NCBI RefSeq assembly: GCF_003010495.1
Contig: NZ_CP027570.1
Location: 1,260,001-1,292,000 of the forward strand
DNA from: Megasphaera elsdenii DSM 20460
Lineage (GTDB): Bacteria > Bacillota > Negativicutes > Veillonellales > Megasphaeraceae
DNA length: 32,000 bases
Direction: 5' to 3'
Below the pieces are notes generated by a model. It was not told the DNA's origin. It saw only the letters and a program-made list of their open reading frames with translations, and made no database searches. Positions within the stretch are counted from its first letter, which is position 1. Each line of letters opens with the position of its first letter. The position numbers and the translations under genes were made by a program. Below are positions 1 through 8,249 of this stretch, one piece after another.

Positions 1-2
1 AC

Positions 3-1151
3 CTGGCCTTCATCAAGTTCAAAGGCCATTCGTGCCTGCCCGTCCTGACCGGTTTTGCAGCGACCTGCATGAGCGGCGGCGCTTTCGTCACGATACTGAA
101 GTTCGTCATGAATTTGCCGACGGTCGTCTATGTTACGGCCATGCTGCCCCTGGTCGTCGTCATCGGTGCCTTGAATGCCGTTGTCACACCGCTCATGTAT
201 TTCCCGGCCCTGCGCCTCTTCGTTTCCCGGGGCATCCTCGATTCCCTGGAAGAACAGGAAGTCACGTCGGACCACAGCATGTATGATTTGAAGCCGACCC
301 AGGATGGCCTCATTTCCATGGAACATTTGTCGTACATCTATAATAAGCAGAAGACACCCGTCCTGGATGATGTCACCATGACCGTAAATAAAGGTGACTT
401 CCTGGTCATTACCGGTGAAAGCGGCAGCGGCAAGAGCTCCCTGTGCATGGCCATGACCGGTGCCATCCCGCATTATTTCGGCGGCGTCATGAAAGGGATG
501 GTCTATGTCGACGGCCAGGCGACGACACAGACGACCATTTCCCAGTTGGCGACCCGCGTCGGCGCCATGCTCGATGACTACGACAGCCAGCTTGTTGCCA
601 TGACCGTCGAAGAAGAAATCGCCTTCAGCCTGGAAAACCAAGGCGTTGCACCGGATAAAATAGGCCAGGCCATTACGGAAGCCCTGGAAAAGGTCAACAT
701 GACGCCGTACCGCCACCGCCAGGTCACCAAACTGTCCGGCGGTCAGCGCCAGCGTCTGGTCATCGCCGACGTCCTGGCGACTAATCCGGATATCCTCGTC
801 TTCGACGAACCGACGTCGGCCCTGGACCCGGAAGGAACCCATGAATTCTATGAATTGATTCACGATTTGAACGTCAAATACGGCCATACCATCGTCGTCA
901 TCGAACATACGCTGGAAGCGGCCCTGCCCTATGCCAACCGGCTGGTCCTCATCGACCACGGCCACATCCTCAGCGATGCCGATGTGGAAACGACGCTGCG
1001 CTATATGTATGACCATAATATTTGTACCAGTGCCATCCCGAAAATCTTCGCCTGCCAGATGGACCTGGAAAAAGCCGGCTGCCATTTCGATGCCCCGTGG
1101 CTGTCGACGGACGTTGCCGTAGCGGCTGTCCAGAAAGCCGTCCAGCCGTGA
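3..1151 (+). CDS. ABC transporter ATP-binding protein (ECF/CbiO-like), 5' end outside window or N-terminally fused to a membrane segment
   Basis: The frame is open from base 3 with no stop. Walker A GESGSGKSS, ABC signature LSGGQRQR, Walker B ILVFDEPTSALD, H-loop VIEHT. A hydrophobic stretch LPTVVYVTAMLPLVVVIGALNAVV precedes the ATPase domain in the same frame. Confidence 0.8.
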   Translation: MAFIKFKGHSCLPVLTGFAATCMSGGAFVTILKFVMNLPTVVYVTAMLPLVVVIGALNAVVTPLMYFPALRLFVSRGILDSLEEQEVTSDHSMYDLKPTQDGLISMEHLSYIYNKQKTPVLDDVTMTVNKGDFLVITGESGSGKSSLCMAMTGAIPHYFGGVMKGMVYVDGQATTQTTISQLATRVGAMLDDYDSQLVAMTVEEEIAFSLENQGVAPDKIGQAITEALEKVNMTPYRHRQVTKLSGGQRQRLVIADVLATNPDILVFDEPTSALDPEGTHEFYELIHDLNVKYGHTIVVIEHTLEAALPYANRLVLIDHGHILSDADVETTLRYMYDHNICTSAIPKIFACQMDLEKAGCHFDAPWLSTDVAVAAVQKAVQP

Positions 1152-1717
1152 AACTCCTATGCTTGGGCGATAGTCTGACGTATGGTTTTGCCGTCCAGCC
1201 TGACCAAAGCTGGACGGCCCTGGTCTCGGCTAAAAGTCTGATTCATATCGACAACGAAGGTCAATGCGGCGATACGACGACGGGCATGGTCTATCGCCTC
1301 CATCAGTTCGACCTCAGCCGGTATGACGCCTTCTTCGTCATGGGCGGATCCAACGACATTCTCCTCGACGGGGACTTGGAGAATATCTGCCGGAATATAC
1401 GGAATATCGTCACGACGTTCAAGGCCCAGGGAAAACCAGTATATCTGGGCATCCCGCCGCTGACTACGATGGAGAGTGCCATGTACGGTTGGCAGAACGC
1501 CAGAGACGTAGAAAAACACAATGACCAACTGCGTCAGTATCGGCAATGGCTCCTTTCGTATGGCAAAGAAACGGGCTGTCATATCATCGACTTCTATGAA
1601 GCCCTGTTCAATGCCAAACGGCGGACTGGCCGTAACCTCTACGCCGACGGCGTCCATCCCAATGCCGAAGGCTACGCCGTCTTGGCCCGGGAAGTACTGA
1701 AAGTGATGGGGGGTTAG
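1148..1717 (+). CDS. SGNH/GDSL-family hydrolase
   Basis: GTG 1148 overlaps the upstream TGA (GTGA), implying translational coupling. Block I LCLGDSLTYG, block III MGGSND, block V DGVHPNAEGY. The ORF-track start at 1022 lies inside the upstream gene. Confidence 0.8.
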   Translation: MKLLCLGDSLTYGFAVQPDQSWTALVSAKSLIHIDNEGQCGDTTTGMVYRLHQFDLSRYDAFFVMGGSNDILLDGDLENICRNIRNIVTTFKAQGKPVYLGIPPLTTMESAMYGWQNARDVEKHNDQLRQYRQWLLSYGKETGCHIIDFYEALFNAKRRTGRNLYADGVHPNAEGYAVLAREVLKVMGG

Positions 1718-1721
1718 TGGC

Positions 1722-1749
1722 TCGTGATTCGTGGTTCGTAGCTCGTAGG
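1722..1749. repeat. Degenerate heptad run TCGTRNN x4 (tcgtgat tcgtggt tcgtagc tcgtagg) starting just after the GDSL stop
   Basis: Read directly; strict 7-nt register. Confidence 0.6.
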
Positions 1750-1771
1750 GGCCGCCCAAAGGGCGGCCCGC
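1744..1771 (+). repeat. 28-nt GC-hairpin module cgtaggggccgcccaaagggcggcccgc, copy 1
   Basis: Identical 28-mer at 4474-4501. It forms a 9-bp GC stem (GGGCCGCCC/GGGCGGCCC) with an AAA loop. Confidence 0.8.
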
Positions 1772-1781
1772 CTGATTCACT

Positions 1782-1813
1782 AAAAAAGCACTGTCTTTAT
1801 GACAGTGCTTTTT
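1782..1813. terminator. Bidirectional intrinsic terminator between convergent GDSL and MFS genes
   Basis: aaaaaa-GCACTGTC-tttat-GACAGTGC-ttttt; A-run and T-run flank the stem. Confidence 0.7.
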
Positions 1814-1862
1814 ATGAACTATAGGGGCGCGCATGTGGCGCTCCTACAATGTGGGCTACGAA

Positions 1863-1897
1863 CCACCAGCCACTAGCCACTAGCCACTAGCCACTGA
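1863..1897. repeat. Heptad array ccaccag (ccactag)x3 ccactga, reverse complement of the CTAGTGG array at 11264
   Basis: Read directly; 5 units in 7-nt register. Confidence 0.85.
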
Positions 1898-1915
1898 TTT
1901 ACGGGATTCCCACAA

Positions 1916-1945
1916 CGGGCCGCCCTTTGGGACGGCCCCTACAGT
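1916..1945 (-). repeat. GC-hairpin module, inverted and slightly diverged copy (cgggccgccctttgggacggcccctacag)
   Basis: Its reverse complement matches the 1744/4474 module except for a 1-nt insertion and the ctgtagg versus cgtagg end. Confidence 0.65.
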
Positions 1946-1961
1946 GACATCACAGATGTCG

Positions 1962-3299
1962 TTAATGCCCGGCTGTAGGCTGGACAGTGGCCTTTGCATC
2001 GAGGAGAACGTCTTTTTTGGTGGCGCCATTGACTTTATATTTCAAGGTCAGGACCAGGACGCCGGCGCAGAACATGAAGGCGGCCATGAGATAGTAGCCC
2101 ATGTCGAAGCTGCCCGTTTCAGCCTGGACCCAGGCCATCATGTTCGGTCCGAACATGCCGCCCAGGTTGCCGCAGGAGTTGATGAGGGCGATGGAGCCGG
2201 CAGCGGCCGGGCCGGAAAGGAAGGTCGTCGGGATGGTCCACCATACGCCCATGGAAGCATGGATGCCGATAGCCGACAAGCAGATGAGGAACAGGGCGAC
2301 GCCCATGTTGTGAGCGAACGGCGACAAGCCGAGGCCGATAGCACCGACGGTGAGGGCGCCGAAGACGTGCCATACTTTATCGCCTGTAACTGTAGCCGTA
2401 TGGCCGATGACCAGCTGGACGACGAGGGCTGCCATCATGGGGATAGCGATAGCTCCGCCGATGAGCGACGTGGACCAGCCGGAGAGGTTCTTGAGGACGG
2501 TCGGCATCCAGAAGTAGAAGCCCCAGAAACCGACGACCCAGAGGAAGTAGATGAGGCAGAGCTTTAAGACTTTAGCATCTGTAAAAGCCTGGAAGACCGT
2601 GTATTTCTTGACGCTTTGCATCTTGGCCTGTTCTTCCTGGTACATAGTGGTCAAGTATTCTTTTTCAGCATCCGTCAGCCAGCTGGCCTGGTCGGGACGG
2701 TCTTTAACGGCAAAGAAGAAATAGAAAGCGAAACAGAGGGCCGGGATGGATTCCAGGATGAACAATTCCTGCCAACCTAAGAGGCCGAAGAAGGAATGTT
2801 CCAGGAGAACGCCGGCAATCGGTGCGCCGATGATGGTCGAAAGGAGCAGGGACGTCAACATGAGTGACGTAGCCCGGGCCCGTTCAGAGGCTGTGAACCA
2901 GCGGGGGAACAGGAGGGAGTAGATGACCGGGTAGAGGCTGGCTTCCGATGCGCCTAATAGGAAGCGGCACAGGTAGAACTGCCATTCCGTCGTGACGAAG
3001 GCCATGCACAGACTGACGGCGCCCCAAGTGAACATGATGCGGGAAATCCATTTCGAGGCCGAGAACTTAGCGGCGAACAGGGAACCCGGGATTTCCAGGA
3101 GCAAGTAGCCGGCGAAAAAGATGCCAGCGCCGAAACCGTAGACTTCCGGCGACAACCAGGACAGGGTCTGGGTCATGGTCAGTTTGGCGTAGGAAATATT
3201 GACGCGGTCGATGCAGGCTATAATCGAGACGAGAAAGACCGGTAAAATGATGCGAAGATCTCTCCGTCGTTTCAGACTGTCGAAATTGATGTTTTCCAT
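1962..3299 (-). CDS. MFS transporter, anion:cation symporter (ACS)-like
   Basis: 445 aa, about 12 hydrophobic helices, N-terminal IIACIDRVNISYAKL and GYLLLEIPGSLFAAKFSASKW typical of ACS-family MFS permeases. AGGAGG (3308-3313) lies 8 nt before ATG 3299. Confidence 0.8.
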   Translation of the reverse strand: MENINFDSLKRRRDLRIILPVFLVSIIACIDRVNISYAKLTMTQTLSWLSPEVYGFGAGIFFAGYLLLEIPGSLFAAKFSASKWISRIMFTWGAVSLCMAFVTTEWQFYLCRFLLGASEASLYPVIYSLLFPRWFTASERARATSLMLTSLLLSTIIGAPIAGVLLEHSFFGLLGWQELFILESIPALCFAFYFFFAVKDRPDQASWLTDAEKEYLTTMYQEEQAKMQSVKKYTVFQAFTDAKVLKLCLIYFLWVVGFWGFYFWMPTVLKNLSGWSTSLIGGAIAIPMMAALVVQLVIGHTATVTGDKVWHVFGALTVGAIGLGLSPFAHNMGVALFLICLSAIGIHASMGVWWTIPTTFLSGPAAAGSIALINSCGNLGGMFGPNMMAWVQAETGSFDMGYYLMAAFMFCAGVLVLTLKYKVNGATKKDVLLDAKATVQPTAGH

Positions 3300-3346
3300 G
3301 ATGAATTCCTCCTATTATGAGTCATATAGTCATAAGATAAACATGA

Positions 3347-3600
3347 AATAAAAAAACTCCCGTCCACAAGGGACGGAAGTTTATATCCGCGGTACCACCC
3401 AATATTCCTCACCAAAAAAGCAAGGCACTTTTCAACGTACTATCATACGCGTTTCCTGTAACGTGGATCAGACGGTGCAGTTTACTCATTTCAACTGCAA
3501 TTCTCAGAGATGATTTTCCATTTTCCTTCCACCACCGGCTTTCACCATACCCGGCTCGCTGTGCGCTTCCGCAAAAATGTACTCTTTCTCGTCATCGAAT
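3347..3600 (-). promoter_or_regulatory. T-box riboswitch leader (candidate specifier AUC, Ile) controlling the MFS transporter
   Basis: Minus strand features: K-turn GATGAC...TGAGA; specifier-loop 5' side AAGAGTA; distal AGCGAGCCGG...GGTGAAAGCCGG; T-box sequence AATATTGGGTGGTACCGCGG (3385-3407); terminator ACTTCCGTCC-loop-GGACGGGAGT followed by a T-run (3349-3380). Confidence 0.85.
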
Positions 3601-3637
3601 GTCAAAATATAAAATCGATGTTTAACTTACGGTCCTT

Positions 3638-3666
3638 ATCATAGACCCTGTGCATCAATTTGTCAA
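3638..3666 (-). promoter_or_regulatory. Sigma-70-type promoter for the T-box/MFS transcript
   Basis: Minus strand TTGACA (3661-3666), 17 nt spacer, TATGAT (3638-3643). Confidence 0.55.
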
Positions 3667-3696
3667 TAGTCTATTCTAAAATTTCCTATCTGAAAG

Positions 3697-3739
3697 CCTC
3701 TCCTCATAGGAGAGGTGGCCCGAAAGGGCCGGAGAGGTT
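3697..3739. repeat. Double-hairpin module D, copy 1 (cctctcctcataggagaggtggcccgaaagggccggagaggtt)
   Basis: Its reverse complement aligns with 4558-4599 apart from two small loop differences. Confidence 0.75.
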
Positions 3740-3930
3740 TGACCTCTCAGTCAGCTGCGCTGACAGCTCCAGCAAGGCTCTCCGTTTTGGCAACCGTCCT
3801 GTCTTTCTCTCCGGTCAGTCCCTGACGGGCCAAAAAGGGCCTATCAAGGGAGCCACTAACCACTAACAACTTAAAAAGCGCTGTCGCACGAAAGTTTCTG
3901 CCATCATGCGAGGCCCCCCCTTTGCTTAAA

Positions 3931-3998
3931 TGTTTGAGGCGATGGCTTTTAAATTTTGTCCCATCTACATCAAACTTTCAACTTCAAACTTCAAACTC
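3931..3998. repeat. Module C copy 1: 45-nt core plus CAAACTT-type heptads
   Basis: Core 3931-3975 is 42/45 identical to 29911-29955. It is followed by caaactt tcaactt caaactt caaactc in 7-nt register. Confidence 0.8.
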
Positions 3999-4033
3999 AA
4001 AAAGGGCTTGTCGTCGTGCGACAAGCCCTTTTT
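3999..4033 (-). terminator. Intrinsic (bidirectional-looking) terminator at the ssrA 3' end
   Basis: aaaaa-GGGCTTGTCG-tcgtg-CGACAAGCCC-ttttt, 5 nt from the tmRNA 3' CCA. Confidence 0.7.
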
Positions 4034-4037
4034 ATCA

Positions 4038-4388
4038 TGGTGGAGATGAGGAGAGTCGAACTCCTGTCCGTAAATGCCGCCCCATGAACTTCTCCGAGCG
4101 CAGACCTTGTTAGGATCTTAAACCGTTTTCGTACAAGGACAAACTAGACGATTCCAGCCTGTGAGTTTCCCGACACGACTACCAGGCAGAGCCATGTGGT
4201 ATCCCGCTAAGTGACGTCTGCGAGCTGCCCGCAGGATTAGCAGCAGGAGACGTTAGCCGCACTTAGGCAGCTAAAGCAAAATTGTTTTCTTTTGCGTTTA
4301 ATTTAAAAGGTTCACCGATTTACGGGCAGATGAAACCCCGGCTCGCTATTCATGATACAACCATCCACGTCGAAACCTTTACATCCCC
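4038..4388 (-). ncRNA. ssrA: tmRNA (transfer-messenger RNA)
   Basis: Minus strand starts GGGGATGTAAAGGTTTCGACG and ends GGAGTTCGACTCTCCTCATCTCCACCA. The tag reading frame GCA AAA GAA AAC AAT TTT GCT TTA GCT GCC TAA (4263-4295) encodes AKENNFALAA. Confidence 0.95.
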
Positions 4389-4423
4389 ATGGATAGAATC
4401 TCCCTTTACAGGGATTCAAAATA

Positions 4424-4452
4424 AGTATAGCACATATTTTACCGTTTGCCAA
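4424..4452 (-). promoter_or_regulatory. Candidate ssrA promoter
   Basis: Minus strand TTGGCA (4447-4452), 17 nt spacer, TATACT (4424-4429), about 35 nt before the mature 5' end. Confidence 0.4.
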
Positions 4453-4461
4453 TGAAGTTTA

Positions 4462-4470
4462 TGGTATAAT
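4462..4470 (+). promoter_or_regulatory. Extended -10 element TGgTATAAT, candidate promoter of the DUF218 gene
   Basis: Read directly. There is no good -35 at 17 nt. Confidence 0.35.
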
Positions 4471-4473
4471 ATG

Positions 4474-4501
4474 CGTAGGGGCCGCCCAAAGGGCGGCCCG
4501 C
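4474..4501 (+). repeat. 28-nt GC-hairpin module, copy 2 (identical to 1744-1771)
   Basis: Exact 28/28 match read by eye. Confidence 0.8.
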
Positions 4502-4540
4502 AGTTCGCAGGCCGCAGACCGCAGTTCGCCGGTCGTGGTG
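4499..4540. repeat. Heptad run CG-N5 x6 (cgcagtt cgcaggc cgcagac cgcagtt cgccggt cgtggtg)
   Basis: Read directly; 7-nt register. Confidence 0.6.
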
Positions 4541-4557
4541 ATTTATGGTTTACAAGC

Positions 4558-4599
4558 AACCTCTCCGGCCCTTCAGGCCACCTCTCCTAGCAGGAGAGG
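4558..4599. repeat. Double-hairpin module D, copy 2 (inverted relative to 3697-3739)
   Basis: aacctctccggcccttcaggccacctctcctagcaggagagg versus the reverse complement of copy 1, aacctctccggccctttcgggccacctctcctatgaggagagg. Confidence 0.75.
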
Positions 4600-4627
4600 C
4601 TTAACTATACGAAAGGATGTCTTCATT

Positions 4628-5392
4628 TTGTTATTATATATCATTAAATGGCTTTATGCCTGGATCCTGCCGATGGGTGGCATTGTCCTGGCTTTGATTC
4701 TCTTATTGTATTATATGTTTCGCAGACACAGTCCCGGCCGCTGGGCGCTGGCTGTCGTTACGGCTGTCTTTTATCTTTTGTCCATCGAGCCCGTATCGAA
4801 CGGCCTCATCCATCCCTTGGAAACGGCTTATGACCAGCCGCAGGGGACGGCTGTCGCTGGCGATGTCATCGTCCTCCTCGGCGGCGGATCCCGGGCCGGC
4901 GTCCCCGATTTCGACGGTACCGGCCAGGTCGGCAGCGCCGCAGCCAACCGTTTCCTCATGGCCCTGCGCCTGCAAAAGGCTAAGGATCTGCCCATCCTCT
5001 TATCGGGCGGGACCATCCTCGAAGGCGACGCCAATGAATCGGAAATCGAAAAGCGGATGCTCCTCTCCCTGGGCGTGCCGGAAAATAAGATCTTCATGGA
5101 CGACAAGAGCCGCAACACGGCAGAAAATGCCGCTTTTTCCAAGCAAATCTGCGAGCACCAGGGCTGGACGAAGCCCATCCTGGTCACCAGTGCCTTCCAC
5201 ATGCCCCGGTCTGTCCGCTTCTTTACGCGTGAAGGCCTCGATGTGACGCCGTATCCCTGTGATTACCATACGAGCGCTGTGACGAACTGGTCCGGGTACT
5301 CCGTCGTACCCCAGTCTTTTTACTTATTTAACTCCTGTCTGGCCATCAAAGAATACGTCGGCATCGCCGCCGCTTCTTTGCGGATACAATAA
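4628..5392 (+). CDS. YdcF/ElyC-family protein (DUF218 domain) with N-terminal TM helices
   Basis: Motifs VIVLLGGG, ILLSGG, SRNTAENA, ILVTSAFHMPRS. The start is uncertain: TTG 4628 follows GAAAGGA (4610-4616). The ORF-track start at 4535 would translate repeat modules. Confidence 0.7.
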   Translation: MLLYIIKWLYAWILPMGGIVLALILLLYYMFRRHSPGRWALAVVTAVFYLLSIEPVSNGLIHPLETAYDQPQGTAVAGDVIVLLGGGSRAGVPDFDGTGQVGSAAANRFLMALRLQKAKDLPILLSGGTILEGDANESEIEKRMLLSLGVPENKIFMDDKSRNTAENAAFSKQICEHQGWTKPILVTSAFHMPRSVRFFTREGLDVTPYPCDYHTSAVTNWSGYSVVPQSFYLFNSCLAIKEYVGIAAASLRIQ

Positions 5393-5490
5393 ATTGGGAC
5401 ATAAAACGTCCATGGTATTGCAAAATCGTACCCGATGTGGCATACTTACAGTGTAAGTAGTAAGGCCCTCAGGTTCTTAGAATTATGTAA

Positions 5491-6555
<1,065 letters not shown>

Positions 6556-6616
6556 TTTGTAGCGACGCATTTCCCAACGGGTAAACAGCCTCCCGTTACA
6601 AATCAGATTGAACCCT

Positions 6617-6647
6617 AAAGGGGCCGTCGCATGGCGGCCCCTTTTTA
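6617..6647 (+). terminator. Intrinsic terminator after gap
   Basis: GGGGCCG-tcgcatg-CGGCCCC followed by TTTTT. Confidence 0.65.
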
Positions 6648-6682
6648 TTACTCATCGATTACAAAAGGAGTCAAAAACTGTA

Positions 6683-8206
6683 ATGACGAAAAAGAAACCT
6701 GTAATGCTGGTCATCATGGATGGTTTTGGCTGCAGCCATATCGAAAAAGATAACGCCGTAGCCCAGGCAGACCTCAAGGTCTTGCCGAAACTTTGGAAAG
6801 AATATCCTCATTCGTATCTCGGCGCATCGGGCGAAGACGTCGGTCTGCCTGACGGCCAGATTGGCAACTCTGAAGTGGGCCATCTTAATATCGGTGCGGG
6901 ACGTATTGTGTACCAGGCGCTGACAAAAATCACCAAGGACATCAAAGACGGCGCTTTCTTCCAGAAACCGGCTCTCGTCGGTGCTATGGAAAACGTCAAG
7001 GAAAAGGATTCGGCCCTCCATCTGCTGGGCCTCGTCTCTCCTGGCGGCGTCCACAGCAGCGAACAGCATCTCTATGGTCTTTTGGAAATGGCCAAGCGCA
7101 ATGGCTTGAAAAAAGTCTACATCCACGCCTTCCTCGACGGCCGCGACGTACTGCCCCGCAGCGCTGGCGAATACCTCAAGGAACTGGAAGATAAGTGCGT
7201 TGAACTCGGCGTCGGCGAAATCGCTACCATCAGCGGCCGTTATTATGCCATGGACCGCGATAAACGCTGGGAACGCGTTGAAAAGGCTTATGATGCCGTC
7301 GCCCTCGGTGAAGGACCGCAGGAACCGGATGCTCAGACCTGCCTGGAACATTCCTATGCGGCTGACATTTCCGACGAATTCGTCATTCCCACTGTCATCC
7401 ATAAACATCCCGTCCAGGATGGCGACAGTGTCATCTTCTTCAACTTCCGCCCTGACCGGGCCCGCCAGTTGACGACGGCTTTCGTCGTTCCCGATTTCGA
7501 CGGCTTCCCGCGTCCGAAGAAGCTGGATACGTACTTTGCGACCATGACCCGTTATGAAGATGACCTTCCGGTACACGTCGTCTACGATAAGGAACGGATT
7601 CCGGATACCTTAGGCGAAGTCCTGGCTAAGGCCGGCAAGACGCAGCTGCGCATTGCCGAAACGGAAAAATACGCTCACGTCACGTATTTCTTCAATGGCG
7701 GCGAAGAAGAACCGAATCCCGGTGAAGACCGCATCCTCGTACCGTCGCCGAAAGTTGCGACGTATGACTTGCAGCCGGAAATGAACGCGCCCATTGTCAC
7801 GGAAAAAGTCATCGAACAGATCAAGGCCGATAAATATGATATGATCATGCTCAATTTCGCCAACGCCGATATGGTCGGCCATACAGGCGTCTTTGAAGCG
7901 GCTGTCAAAGCTGTCGAAACGGTCGACACCTGCGTCGGCAAAATCGTTGAAGCCTTGAAACCCGTCCAGGGCCAGCTCCTGATCATCGCCGACCATGGCA
8001 ATGCGGAACAGATGGCCGATCCCGATACGGGCTGCCCTTACACGGCTCATACGACGAACCATGTACCGTGCATCCTGGTCAGTGAAGAACATAAAGGGGA
8101 TCACCTGCACGACGGCATCCTGGCCGACGTCGCCCCGACCATGCTGACTTTGGCCGGTATGGACATTCCTGCCGATATGACCGGCAAATGCCTGCTGGAC
8201 CAGTGA
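6683..8206 (+). CDS. gpmI: 2,3-bisphosphoglycerate-independent phosphoglycerate mutase
   Basis: MTKKKPVMLVIMDGFG, NSEVGHLNIGAGR, ADHGNAE. AAAGGAG (6664-6670) precedes ATG 6683; the track start at 6608 is an upstream extension. Confidence 0.93.
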   Translation: MTKKKPVMLVIMDGFGCSHIEKDNAVAQADLKVLPKLWKEYPHSYLGASGEDVGLPDGQIGNSEVGHLNIGAGRIVYQALTKITKDIKDGAFFQKPALVGAMENVKEKDSALHLLGLVSPGGVHSSEQHLYGLLEMAKRNGLKKVYIHAFLDGRDVLPRSAGEYLKELEDKCVELGVGEIATISGRYYAMDRDKRWERVEKAYDAVALGEGPQEPDAQTCLEHSYAADISDEFVIPTVIHKHPVQDGDSVIFFNFRPDRARQLTTAFVVPDFDGFPRPKKLDTYFATMTRYEDDLPVHVVYDKERIPDTLGEVLAKAGKTQLRIAETEKYAHVTYFFNGGEEEPNPGEDRILVPSPKVATYDLQPEMNAPIVTEKVIEQIKADKYDMIMLNFANADMVGHTGVFEAAVKAVETVDTCVGKIVEALKPVQGQLLIIADHGNAEQMADPDTGCPYTAHTTNHVPCILVSEEHKGDHLHDGILADVAPTMLTLAGMDIPADMTGKCLLDQ

Positions 8207-8249
8207 TTATACTCTGTTGTTCTATCGCATCGTGAAGGGAGAGAGTAAG

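Noticed and set aside
1944-2567. Plus-strand ORFs of 160-221 aa at 1944-2567, 14657-15262, 16505-17170, 18849-19337 and 19338-19970
   Set aside because: They are antisense shadows of the MFS, dehydrogenase, mtlA and mtlR genes. Their products are acidic/Gly/Ala/Arg-rich with no motifs.
3699-3712. 10-nt match (atgaggagag) between module D and the tmRNA 3' end (4045-4054), which could be a relic att duplication from an island integrated at ssrA
   Set aside because: The match is too short and lies in the wrong orientation for a direct att repeat. There is no integrase or island cargo between it and ssrA.
3740-3850. Possible SRP (4.5S) RNA or another known small RNA in the structured 3740-3850 stretch (the minus strand contains GTCAGGGACTGACCGGAGAGAAAGACAGG)
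   Set aside because: It lacks the conserved SRP domain IV sequence (GGAAGCAGC and the symmetric loop context). The similarity is limited to GTCAGG. I treat it as part of the repeat-rich spacer of unknown function.
3660-4113. Small ORFs 3660-3866 and 3922-4113
   Set aside because: They run through hairpin and heptad repeat modules and into the tmRNA gene. They have no SD and no coding-like composition.
4535-4627. N-terminal extension of the DUF218 ORF (track start 4535). Similar upstream extensions occur for gpmI (6608), cggR (8217), pgk (9273), the XpaC-like gene (11302), mtlA (17374), mtlR (20408) and the Rrf2 gene (22456).
   Set aside because: The extensions translate repeat modules or spacer DNA. 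In each case an internal start with a good SD matches the usual N-terminus of the family.
5396-5416. TGGGAC-ataaaac-GTCCA upstream of gap, as a possible CggR operator half-site (Bacillus consensus CGGGAC-N6-TGTC repeated)
   Set aside because: Only one half-site-like element is present, and the expected second direct repeat 4 nt downstream is not recognisable. This is insufficient to call.
6556-6601. Bulged hairpin ATTTGT...AACGGG-N10-CCCGTT-ACAAAT directly after the gap stop codon
   Set aside because: The stems are short with a large asymmetric loop, no T-run follows, and there is no second copy. A canonical terminator follows at 6617-6647, so I assign it no separate function.
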